Virus record (IMG/VR): IMGVR_UViG_3300023180_000037
Reading direction: 5' to 3' (one strand)
Origin: an uncultured virus (IMG/VR IMGVR_UViG_3300023180_000037)
Taxonomy: Duplodnaviria > Heunggongvirae > Uroviricota > Caudoviricetes
DNA length: 64,000 nucleotides
Made by a program: the position numbers and the translations under genes
Notes under the pieces: model-generated
Seen by the model: only the letters and a program-made list of their open reading frames with translations
Database searches by the model: none
Told to the model about the DNA's origin: nothing
Part shown: piece after piece, positions 40,553 to 49,416 of the stretch
Layout: each line of letters opens with the position of its first letter
How positions within the stretch are numbered: the stretch's first letter is position 1

Positions 40553-43039
40553 ATGGCGAAACCTTACGAACTACCTATAATCCAAAAAGACGCATCTGGT
40601 AATCTCCAGCGAGCGACTGCTGCTAATGAAAATTATTTGGCGTTCAAGGCAGGGGTTCATCTAGCAGGCACAGCTGATCATGGCGGTACTCTTAGATCTT
40701 CTTCGGTCACTAATGACACAGCAGTTGGTACTTATACTAACACTTTCTATAACGAAGCAGTCGGGACTCACCCAGGATCTTCTCTCAGCATTGGTTCCAC
40801 GACCACTACTCTTTACCAACGCTCTGGAAGTGCTAGTATTGCCCTAGACAACACTGCTAATTTTCGTCGCCCAGTTTATGAAACTTCTACACAAATTCAT
40901 GATTTCAATAGTACAGAAATGCATGACCTTTCTCATGCGCTGAGATCTATACTAGTAAGTAATGAATATCCTGGGTCCTATAGACTCGCCTCCTCTGCTC
41001 CTAGTGGAGACTGGTCTGCTCATTTGTCAAATATTTTCTCAGACACCACTACCAACGGCACTGTAACAAACTATACCATTTGGGAAAGACAAACAGGTAC
41101 AGCGCCAACCAAGTGTAATGCCATGCACATCAAACGCAGCAGTTATGGTTCATATCCTCTTGCTGGTTATGATGGTGGTCTTGAGGCAATGTCTGATACC
41201 GAACAACAAACAACATTCGGGCAAATTTTAAGTAGATATTTCGTACATGGAGATGTAGGAACATATGAACTTCGCACTTCAGGACAAGGAGCGCCAACTG
41301 CTACAGGAACTTGGGAAGCACGTGGTACAGCAGTAGATACTCGTTTTACCACAAATAATGTGCAATACTCAGGGCAATACACTGGTTATTCTCAGGTTCA
41401 ATATGCTGGTGTTAGAAGTTATTCTACCAACTTTGCTGATCCTAACCTTGGATTCCTTGGCGTAAGGGGGTTTGGCGGATCTAGAAATTATGCGTCAACA
41501 TATAGTGTCGAAACCAACTTTGCTGATGCAAACCTTTCCTTTACTGGTGTTCGTGCTTTTGGTGGATCTAGAAATTATGCGGCAACGTATAGTGTCTCGC
41601 AAACTTTTTCTAATGCGAATGAATCTTTCGCAGGAACTCGTCCTGCTAATTATACAGGTCAAAGGATTAATAATTTCGTTGGTACTCGAGATGCTAACTT
41701 CTTAGGAGTTACCCCAGCGAACTATACTGGAGTCCGAGGTTTTGTTGGTGAAAGAAATTTTGCAGTTTCGATAGCATTTGCGGGAGTCACTCCTGCGAAT
41801 TATGCGGGAACTAGAAACTTTGCAATTAGCACTAACTTCCTTGGTACGACTCCTGCGAATTATGCTGGCGTAAGAAACTTCTTGGGAGTTACGCCAGCAC
41901 AATATACTGGAGTTAGAAACTTTGTTGGACCAAGAACTTTTACTGGTCCTCGTACTTTTACTGGCGGTAGAAACTTTGCTGGCGTAAGAAACTTCCTTGG
42001 TACTCGTTCACAAAATTTTGCGTCCAATGTCGCTCAAAACTTTTCTAGCAACAATAACTTTTCTTCTGGAAATGCGGCATATGCTAGACCAATAAACTGG
42101 AATGGTCCGATGCCAGGAAACTTTGCTGTCTTCGCCTATTTTACAGGTCCTGGTAACTTCTCTCCTCCAGCATACAACTCATATTTTTTTGTGGGTACTA
42201 GAGGATACGGTGGTTGGCGACAATTTGGTGGTGTAAGGATTTGGCAATTTACTGGTATCAGAAACTTTACTGGTGTTAGATACTTTGTGGGTCCAAGAAC
42301 TTTTCTGGGAACTAGAACTGTAAACTATCTGGGTACACGCTCCGCCAACTTTGGCGTATCTCAAAACTTCTTGGGGTATTATGGATTTGCTTCTAATGCC
42401 AACTTTGCCAGTAACGCAACCTTTGGTGTTTCGATAGCATTTGCGGGAGTCACTCCTGCGAATTATGCTGGTACCAGAAACTTCTTGGGAGTTACCCCAG
42501 CAAACTATGGTGGTACCAGAAACTTTGCTGGCATAAGAAACTTCTTGGGAGTTACCCCAGCACAATATACTGGTAACAGGAATTTCTTGGGAGCAAGAAC
42601 TTTTACTGTATCGCAAGCATTCGGAGGAGTTACACCAGCAAACTATGCGGGACCAAGACCAGCAACATTCTCATCACAGTTTTCCGCTGCTTTCGCAGGT
42701 TTTGTAGCAATAACTTTTGTAGGAACCAGAAACTATGCTGGTGTGAGAGGATTTGCTGGTTCAAGAAACTATGCTGCTCAATATAGCGTCAGCACTGCTT
42801 TTGTGGGAACCAGAAATTTCTTAGGTATTCGAGGATTTGGTGGATCTAGAAATTATGCATCAACTTACACTGTCGCGCAAACTTTCGTCGGCACTCGTAA
42901 TTTTTCTGGTGTTAGATCGTATTCAACTAATTTCGCAGGAAACTATACAAACCAATACACAGGTCAGTACACTGGAGAAACACTAACTAGTACTCCTGCA
43001 ACCATTGAAACTTATACATTATACGTGCGAGTAGAGTAA
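40553..43039 (+). CDS. FxGxR-repeat fibre/needle protein, paralog 2
   Basis: Shares GTHPGxSxSxGSTTTTL, GTWEARGTAxDT and TYTLYVRV with paralog 1; NF(L/A)GxR and VTPANYAG repeats. Confidence 0.75.
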   Translation: MAKPYELPIIQKDASGNLQRATAANENYLAFKAGVHLAGTADHGGTLRSSSVTNDTAVGTYTNTFYNEAVGTHPGSSLSIGSTTTTLYQRSGSASIALDNTANFRRPVYETSTQIHDFNSTEMHDLSHALRSILVSNEYPGSYRLASSAPSGDWSAHLSNIFSDTTTNGTVTNYTIWERQTGTAPTKCNAMHIKRSSYGSYPLAGYDGGLEAMSDTEQQTTFGQILSRYFVHGDVGTYELRTSGQGAPTATGTWEARGTAVDTRFTTNNVQYSGQYTGYSQVQYAGVRSYSTNFADPNLGFLGVRGFGGSRNYASTYSVETNFADANLSFTGVRAFGGSRNYAATYSVSQTFSNANESFAGTRPANYTGQRINNFVGTRDANFLGVTPANYTGVRGFVGERNFAVSIAFAGVTPANYAGTRNFAISTNFLGTTPANYAGVRNFLGVTPAQYTGVRNFVGPRTFTGPRTFTGGRNFAGVRNFLGTRSQNFASNVAQNFSSNNNFSSGNAAYARPINWNGPMPGNFAVFAYFTGPGNFSPPAYNSYFFVGTRGYGGWRQFGGVRIWQFTGIRNFTGVRYFVGPRTFLGTRTVNYLGTRSANFGVSQNFLGYYGFASNANFASNATFGVSIAFAGVTPANYAGTRNFLGVTPANYGGTRNFAGIRNFLGVTPAQYTGNRNFLGARTFTVSQAFGGVTPANYAGPRPATFSSQFSAAFAGFVAITFVGTRNYAGVRGFAGSRNYAAQYSVSTAFVGTRNFLGIRGFGGSRNYASTYTVAQTFVGTRNFSGVRSYSTNFAGNYTNQYTGQYTGETLTSTPATIETYTLYVRVE

Positions 43040-43045
43040 TACATT

Positions 43046-43717
43046 ATGAATTTTCATGAGAAACCGATGAATACTGCGGTAATCCGCAATGCAGAATTTA
43101 TTGAACTATTAGATGAATACGCTGACTTTGTCAAATCTATAGATTTAAATAGAGTGGCAAATTTACATCCGGATGAAGATGCCGACTGGTATTGTTCTCA
43201 GGAATATTGTAACCAAATAATGCATAGAGGTCGAGAACATTTTGGGTTTCCTGAAGCAGCGCGTGGATTTGAGGTAAGAGCTGATCAATTCCGCTACAAA
43301 GATCTTGATGGTCAGGTAGAGTTAGGTAAAATCGGAGAAGAACTAGTAAACGAAGTTTGTATGTTCTTGGGTGCGCATAGAAAAGCATTGTCTATGGTAT
43401 ATCCTCCTGGTGGTTTTATTGGTTGGCATAATAATGCTAATGCGGGTGGATATAATATTATCTTTACTTGGTCTGAAAAAGGCGACGGTCAATGGGAACA
43501 TATAGACCCAATAACTAAAGAACATGTTGTCATCCCAGACGTTGAGGGGTGGCAATGTAAGTATGGGTATTACGGTACATATGACGAGCATGATAAAATT
43601 GTATACCATTCTGCTCGTACTAATTGTTTACGCAGCACAATTGCGTTTGTTTTTAACAGTGATGAAACAGGTAAAAGAATGGCAGAACACGTAGTTGAGG
43701 AAATTCAAACTGCCTAA
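43046..43717 (+). CDS. Putative double-stranded beta-helix oxygenase (2OG-Fe(II)/cupin-like)
   Basis: YPPGGFIGWHNN...YHSART..R.TIAF; HxN in place of HxD. Confidence 0.55.
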   Translation: MNFHEKPMNTAVIRNAEFIELLDEYADFVKSIDLNRVANLHPDEDADWYCSQEYCNQIMHRGREHFGFPEAARGFEVRADQFRYKDLDGQVELGKIGEELVNEVCMFLGAHRKALSMVYPPGGFIGWHNNANAGGYNIIFTWSEKGDGQWEHIDPITKEHVVIPDVEGWQCKYGYYGTYDEHDKIVYHSARTNCLRSTIAFVFNSDETGKRMAEHVVEEIQTA

Positions 43718-43720
43718 ATA
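43714..43720 (+). promoter_or_regulatory. Late promoter variant
   Basis: CTAAATA ahead of the 1534-aa gene. Confidence 0.5.
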
Positions 43721-43760
43721 GTAGTTGTACTGATAATAACAACTATAAGAAGGTTAAACC

Positions 43761-46700
43761 TTGGCATCATCAGCACAGTTTATCCCATACGTAGACGATA
43801 CGTATCACGCTCCTGGATATGTAGGCGGCGAGCATAGACTCGTCGTTGAGTTGACAGCGCAAGAAGCTACAGTAAGTGCTGCTGTTGAGATAACTAAAAA
43901 AGGTTCTGGTGCTGTTCAAGCGCAAGATGCCACCACCTCTGCTACCACAAAACGTACAGTTATTGCATTAGAAGCAGATCTACATGACGGTCCTTCCGTT
44001 CTTGTAGACGTTGCTGGTGACGGTGAACGTTCTGTTGTAACTGTTGTTGCAGCAGCGGAAGTAGATACTCCTTCTCAAGTTACAGGTGTTGCCGAAAGGA
44101 TTATTGATGCTTCTGGTGCACTTTCCATTGGCGAATCTTCTGTATCCGGCGCAGGTGTCCGTACCTCTAACAATATTTTATCTTCTGTTCAGGCGCAATC
44201 CTCTACTGTAAGCGGTAATTCAAATGCTCAACGCAACGCATCCGGTGCTGTTCAAGCACAAGATGCAACTATAGTTGGAGTTGCCGAAAGAACTATAAAT
44301 GCTTCAGGAACGCTTGCCGCTCAATCTTCTGTAGTAACAGGTATTGCTGAGCGAGAGATCGACGATCAGGGTGGTAATGCGTTACAGCAATCTTCTGTAC
44401 CTATAGTATCTGGCGTCGCTGAAAGAGTTATCACTTCAAGCGGTTCTTTAGAATCTCAACCTATTGGTGGAGTTGTAGGTTCAGGTAATATTGGTTATAA
44501 TACCAGTTCTGCCCTACAAACACAATCTTCTGTAGTAACTGGTGAAGCAGAAAATATTATAACAGGTACAGGAGTATTACAGCAATCTTCTGTGCCTGTA
44601 GTATCTGGAGTTGCAGAAAGGATCATTACTGGTTCAGCTGCTATACAAGCAGAAGGATTGACAGCATTTGGTGTTGCTGATCGTATTATTGTAGATGTGG
44701 ACGCAACCCCACAAACACAAAGTTCTTCTGTAACAGGTTTAGCAGAAAATAGTATTGTATCTCAATCTGCTGCACTACAAACGCAGTCTTCAACAACCGT
44801 TGGGGTTGCTGAACGCATTATAGTACAAGAAGGTGCTGCACAGTTTAAACCAACTGACAACAATGTTGTCACTGGTCAAGGTGTAAGGAAAAAGAATGCC
44901 TCTGGCGCATTACAACAATCTTCTGCATCTATAGTAACTGGTGTAGCAGAAAGGATTATTACACCAGATGATGCAAACCTTACTGCCTCTGAAGTCGGTG
45001 TATCTGTCGTTACTGGTATTTCTGAACGTGAAGTCGTACAGACTGGCGATGGTAGTTTAGAAGCACAGTCATCAACAACCGTTGGTGTCGCTGAACGTAT
45101 CATAGTACAAGAAGGTGCAGCAGCATTTAAACCAACTGACAATAATGTAGCAGTTGGTGTTGCTGAACGTGTTATTACTGGTTCTGGCGATCTACACGAT
45201 GGACCAGCAGTTCTTACTGATGTTGCTGGTGATGCTGAGAGACAAATCAACACCACTTTTGCTGCAATTATCCACGACGATGATGCTGATGTTGTTGCCA
45301 CAATTAATGTGGGCAGAATTACTTCTGCGGCACTGAGCACAAATAGTTCTACCGTTGCTGCTGTAGTTGAAATAACCAGTAATCAATTGGGTGATGCTGA
45401 ATTCCAACCTTCTGCTAATAATCTTGTCGTTGGTCTTGCTGAACGTGTAATCACTGCTGGTAGCATTGTTTTACAAGTATCTGAAGTAATAACAGGTTCG
45501 GTCAGTGGTGTTGCTGAACGCGAAATAGTTACAGAGTCTGGTTCTATACAAGCACAACCTTCCGTAGTAACTGGTTTAGCAGAGAACAAGATAGTTTCAC
45601 AATCCGCTGCACTACAAGCGCAGTCGTCAACAACAGTTTGTGCTGCTGAGCGCATTATTACGCAAGAAGGTGGCGGTGCTCTTAAACCTACTAATAATCA
45701 CACAGTTACTGGACTGGCAGAAGTTAAGAAAACTGGTTCCGGACACCTCGGTGCTGTCGGTTGGGGTGTTGGTGGTAATGCTACTCGAATAGTAGTAGAC
45801 ACTGACGCAACTCCTGCTGCTCAATCTTCAACGATTGCCGGAGTTGGAGTAAGAACTTCTAATACAATCGATGGTGCTTTAACTGCTGCCGAAATTGGTG
45901 TTTCGGTAGTTGCTGGTAATGGCGAACGTTCAATTGTAACTGAACAAACGGCAATGGTGGTAGACGACCCATCAGACGTAGTGGGCGTCGCTGAGAGAGA
46001 AATAACTGGTACTGGTACAGTTGGGCATAGGTTCACCCCAGAGACCGTTGTACATACTGTATCTAACAACGGTTCTGCTAGTTGGAAGGTAGACGGGCAA
46101 ACTAATCCAACATTAGAATTCCACAGAGGATCTACATACATATTCTCTGTAACTGCATCTGGACATCCTTTCTGGATTAAATCTTCTCCTGGCACTGGTA
46201 CTGGTGGCGCATACAATGATGGCGTCACTAATAATGGAGATGATGTAGGAACGATTACATTTGTAGTTCCGGATAATGCACCAAGCACCCTTTACTACAA
46301 TTGTCAATACCATGGTAGTATGGGCGGTACGATTACTGTATTACCTGCACTTTCAAATCAACTTCAAAATTCAGTCGTCACTGGCGCTGCTGAACGTGAG
46401 TTGCTCGCTGGTAATGTTGCTATAGTTGCTGATGATTGTGTAATAACTTCAACAGCACAAATTACATCAAATTCACAAGGTCAATTGTCTGCTCAAGATG
46501 CAGTGGTTGTTGGTCTATCTGAGCGCACCATAGTTGATGTTGATACTACTGTTGTTGATCAAGACGCGGTTGTTTCTGGTGCTGCTGAACGTGAGATAAG
46601 AACATCGGCAACGCTAGTACCAACTGCGAATAATATAGTTGCTGGTATTGCTGAACGCGAAATAAGATCAGCAGTAACTTTATCTGCGCAAAATGTAGTA

Positions 46701-48365
46701 GTATCGGGTGTCGCTGAAAGAATTATAACTGGAGTAGATACTAATCTAACCGCTGCTGAAGTTGGTATATCAGCGGTTGTGGGTAACGCAGAACGTAAGG
46801 TTGTTGTTGCCGAAGGTAATCTAACTGCTGCTGAGATTGGCGCATCTGGAGTCGCTGGTGTTGCTGAACGCGAGATTGAAACAAATAATATTACACAAGC
46901 ACTTGCTGCTAGTGACGTAACAATTTCTGGTGTTGCCGAAAGGATTATTGATGCTGGTTCATTAACAATACGACCTACAGAATATAACATTGTTTATGCT
47001 GTCGCAGAAAGAACTATTGTGGCGTTGGATACGAATCTAACTGCTTCCGAAGTTGGTCTATCTGTAGTAGTTGGCGATGCCGAGCGTGAGGTAATTACTG
47101 AACAATCGGCACTGATAGTTGACGATCCTTCTGACGTTGCTGGATCAGCAGAGAGGATTGTTACAGGCAGTGGAGAAAGAATCACTCATATGGTATCCCG
47201 AAGCGGGAACAGTGCATGGGTGATTGATGGTGTACAGAATCCAACATTAGAATTCCATAAGGGTTCCAAGTACATAATCAAAGTTAATACACCAGGACAT
47301 CCTTTCTGGATAAAGTCTGTACCAGGAACATCCTTCCCTATCGGTACTGGAACAGAAAATGCTTATAATGATGGTGTAACTAATAACGGAGAAGACAACG
47401 GAACAATAGTATTTGATGTTCCATTAAACGCACCGGACAATCTTTACTACAATTGTCAGTACCATCCGAATATGGCAGGTACTATAGATGTGCAAAAGAT
47501 TGTCGCACCTATTGCGCAACCTTCTGATGTCAGTGGAGTAGCAGAAAGAGAAATTAGATCAGCAGTAACATTAGAAGCACCTGCATCCACCGTCAACGCA
47601 ACCACAAATGTTATTATTAAACCTCGTGGTATCTTAGAGTGTACTCCTTCTCTGGTAGAAGGTACTGCGAAGAGAACTGTACAAGATGTTGTTCCTAATC
47701 CTGCTGCGCAAAGTTCTACGATAGCAGGTGTTGCTGAGCGTATTGTAGAATTAGAAGTAGAAGGCGCGATAGATGGTGACGTTAACACTGATCCTTCAAC
47801 TGTTGCTGGTGTTGCTGAACGTATAATAAGACCAGTAGTAACTCTATCTTCAGAAGATTCACAAGTTTCTGGCGTTGCTGAAAGGAAGGTGGTTTCTGTT
47901 AGCACCGCTGTTGCTGCTCAAGATGTTACTGTAGTCTGCTCTGCTGAGAGAATTATAACTAGTGTAGAAGCAGATCTTACTGCCTCCGAAGTTGGCGTAT
48001 CAGTGGTTGCTGGTGTTGCTGAACGCGAGATAGATGATCAAGGTGGTGATGCTCTCACTACGGTAGATTGCCTTGTAACAGGTGTTGCTGAAAGAATTAT
48101 AAAAGTACCGTTTGCTCCGGATAGTAACGGTGTTGCTATACCAAGGTCTGGTCCATCTACAGTCAATGCTGTTACGAAACGAACTGTATTTGTGATAGAA
48201 GCAGATCTAACTGCTGATGAAGTTGGCGTATCAAATGTTGTAGGAACTGGTGCTAGAAGAGAAGTATCTGCTGCGGTACCATTAGTGAGATCGTTCCGAA
48301 TAACTAAACCGAAGCAAGTAACAATTGTTATTAGAACCAAACCATCTGCCATAGAAGCAGTATAA
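43761..48365 (+). CDS. Giant repeat fibre/scaffold protein with two cupredoxin-like domains
   Basis: Many roughly 32-36-aa LxAQxSxVxGVAERxI repeats; two NPTLEF..GHPFWIK..LYYNCQYHxxMxG domains; TTG start after GAAGG. Confidence 0.75.
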   Translation: MASSAQFIPYVDDTYHAPGYVGGEHRLVVELTAQEATVSAAVEITKKGSGAVQAQDATTSATTKRTVIALEADLHDGPSVLVDVAGDGERSVVTVVAAAEVDTPSQVTGVAERIIDASGALSIGESSVSGAGVRTSNNILSSVQAQSSTVSGNSNAQRNASGAVQAQDATIVGVAERTINASGTLAAQSSVVTGIAEREIDDQGGNALQQSSVPIVSGVAERVITSSGSLESQPIGGVVGSGNIGYNTSSALQTQSSVVTGEAENIITGTGVLQQSSVPVVSGVAERIITGSAAIQAEGLTAFGVADRIIVDVDATPQTQSSSVTGLAENSIVSQSAALQTQSSTTVGVAERIIVQEGAAQFKPTDNNVVTGQGVRKKNASGALQQSSASIVTGVAERIITPDDANLTASEVGVSVVTGISEREVVQTGDGSLEAQSSTTVGVAERIIVQEGAAAFKPTDNNVAVGVAERVITGSGDLHDGPAVLTDVAGDAERQINTTFAAIIHDDDADVVATINVGRITSAALSTNSSTVAAVVEITSNQLGDAEFQPSANNLVVGLAERVITAGSIVLQVSEVITGSVSGVAEREIVTESGSIQAQPSVVTGLAENKIVSQSAALQAQSSTTVCAAERIITQEGGGALKPTNNHTVTGLAEVKKTGSGHLGAVGWGVGGNATRIVVDTDATPAAQSSTIAGVGVRTSNTIDGALTAAEIGVSVVAGNGERSIVTEQTAMVVDDPSDVVGVAEREITGTGTVGHRFTPETVVHTVSNNGSASWKVDGQTNPTLEFHRGSTYIFSVTASGHPFWIKSSPGTGTGGAYNDGVTNNGDDVGTITFVVPDNAPSTLYYNCQYHGSMGGTITVLPALSNQLQNSVVTGAAERELLAGNVAIVADDCVITSTAQITSNSQGQLSAQDAVVVGLSERTIVDVDTTVVDQDAVVSGAAEREIRTSATLVPTANNIVAGIAEREIRSAVTLSAQNVVVSGVAERIITGVDTNLTAAEVGISAVVGNAERKVVVAEGNLTAAEIGASGVAGVAEREIETNNITQALAASDVTISGVAERIIDAGSLTIRPTEYNIVYAVAERTIVALDTNLTASEVGLSVVVGDAEREVITEQSALIVDDPSDVAGSAERIVTGSGERITHMVSRSGNSAWVIDGVQNPTLEFHKGSKYIIKVNTPGHPFWIKSVPGTSFPIGTGTENAYNDGVTNNGEDNGTIVFDVPLNAPDNLYYNCQYHPNMAGTIDVQKIVAPIAQPSDVSGVAEREIRSAVTLEAPASTVNATTNVIIKPRGILECTPSLVEGTAKRTVQDVVPNPAAQSSTIAGVAERIVELEVEGAIDGDVNTDPSTVAGVAERIIRPVVTLSSEDSQVSGVAERKVVSVSTAVAAQDVTVVCSAERIITSVEADLTASEVGVSVVAGVAEREIDDQGGDALTTVDCLVTGVAERIIKVPFAPDSNGVAIPRSGPSTVNAVTKRTVFVIEADLTADEVGVSNVVGTGARREVSAAVPLVRSFRITKPKQVTIVIRTKPSAIEAV

Positions 48366-48368
48366 ATA
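48361..48368 (+). promoter_or_regulatory. Late promoter
   Basis: TATAAATA overlapping the stop codon. Confidence 0.7.
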
Positions 48369-48397
48369 GAATAGAAATAAGTAGTCGGGCATAACAA

Positions 48398-48754
48398 ATG
48401 GCATTGTATGAAGATTTATATGTAGACCAAGGAGCAGATGCTAGATGGCGTTTGCGACTCCTTGATGCAGACGGAACTAATAGGAACTTGTCTCAGTCTA
48501 TAATCAGAGGAAAGATCAACCGTAGTTATGGTGCAGATTCTTCTGAGAAAATTTCATTTGAAACTGCGATAGTTGCTCCTGCTACTGATGGGATTGTAGA
48601 TATAATCCTTACTAACACACAAACTGATGCCCTGACGAGGAGAAGGTATGTGTATGACGTGGAGTTACAGTACACGGATTCGGCGACAGGTGATCCGTAT
48701 GTAGAAAGAATTTTAGAAGGCAAGGTAATTGTATCTAAAAGTGTGACTAAATAA
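48398..48754 (+). CDS. Virion structural protein (BppU-N-like adaptor)
   Basis: LYVDQGA...LTNTQTDAL..RYVYDVEL...RILEG.V.V motif. Confidence 0.7.
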   Translation: MALYEDLYVDQGADARWRLRLLDADGTNRNLSQSIIRGKINRSYGADSSEKISFETAIVAPATDGIVDIILTNTQTDALTRRRYVYDVELQYTDSATGDPYVERILEGKVIVSKSVTK

Positions 48755-48782
48755 TTTTTTGAATATTTGAGGATTATAAATA

Positions 48783-48947
48783 ATGGGTATTAAGACTAAA
48801 ACTGGTCTTGGGAAGTTGACGGGAACTGCCACTGTTATCCGAAAGGATGGCACTCGTGAAGAGGTGAAAGTGACCGCGAAAGTCTCGAAAGAGCAACTGG
48901 CAAAACTTGTCGCCGACGGCAAGAAGTCAGAAGAAAACCAAAAGTAA
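48783..48947 (+). CDS. Small basic protein (54 aa; not in the ORF track)
   Basis: MGIKTKTGLGKLTGTATVIRKDGTREEV...; GAGG RBS; CTAAATA at 48747. Confidence 0.6.
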   Translation: MGIKTKTGLGKLTGTATVIRKDGTREEVKVTAKVSKEQLAKLVADGKKSEENQK

Positions 48948-48971
48948 TAACATCCTAAAAAGGAGATAAAA

Positions 48972-49352
48972 ATGGCTGTTACTCACCCAACTGACGTTCG
49001 CAACGGTATTGCGGATTATGTTGTTGATCTGATTGACGCTGGCGGTGCTGGTTCTATTAAGTTTCAGAACGGTGGCGCAAGCGATTCAGTAGTTGCTTCA
49101 CTTACTTTTAGTGCTACTGCATTCGGTGGCGCTGCTAATGGTATTGCTACTGCTGCTGCAATCACAGACGACACTAACTGCAAAGCAGGTACTGTAACTA
49201 AGTTTACTGTATTCTCCGGTGCTGGCGACTCTTGCTTCACTGGTTCCGTAACTGCTACTGGTGGTGGCGGTGACATTATCTTGTCATCTACTGCTATCGG
49301 TGCTGGCGACACAATTAGTATTTCTTCACTTACTTACGAAGCACCAAATTAA
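48972..49352 (+). CDS. Small Ala/Gly/Thr-rich structural subunit (126 aa)
   Basis: Strong AAGGAGA RBS, TATAAATA at 48775, GCT/GGT/ACT-biased codons, downstream hairpin. Confidence 0.75.
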   Translation: MAVTHPTDVRNGIADYVVDLIDAGGAGSIKFQNGGASDSVVASLTFSATAFGGAANGIATAAAITDDTNCKAGTVTKFTVFSGAGDSCFTGSVTATGGGGDIILSSTAIGAGDTISISSLTYEAPN

Positions 49353-49371
49353 TCGTAAGTTTGTTGTCGTA

Positions 49372-49391
49372 TGGGGGAATACGTTCCCCCA
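49372..49391 (+). terminator. Stem-loop (leaky terminator or mRNA stabiliser)
   Basis: TGGGGGAA-TACG-TTCCCCCA with a poor T tract. Confidence 0.6.
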
Positions 49392-49416
49392 CTACTTTGC
49401 CTAAGGATATGATGGT

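Noticed and set aside
37750..42950. FxGxR units match the invertebrate tachykinin-related peptide consensus (for example GFLGVRG), suggesting a multi-core peptide or RiPP precursor
   Set aside because: No signal peptide, no dibasic cleavage sites and no protease nearby. Structural-gene context and mirror order fit a fibre better, so the match is most likely coincidence.
36868..43039. Diversity-generating retroelement acting on the fibre repeats
   Set aside because: No reverse transcriptase in the window and no template/variable repeat pair differing specifically at adenines.
33881..48365. CRISPR-like or non-coding repeat arrays
   Set aside because: All repeats are in-frame, degenerate at third codon positions and inside long ORFs; there is no constant repeat with unique spacers.
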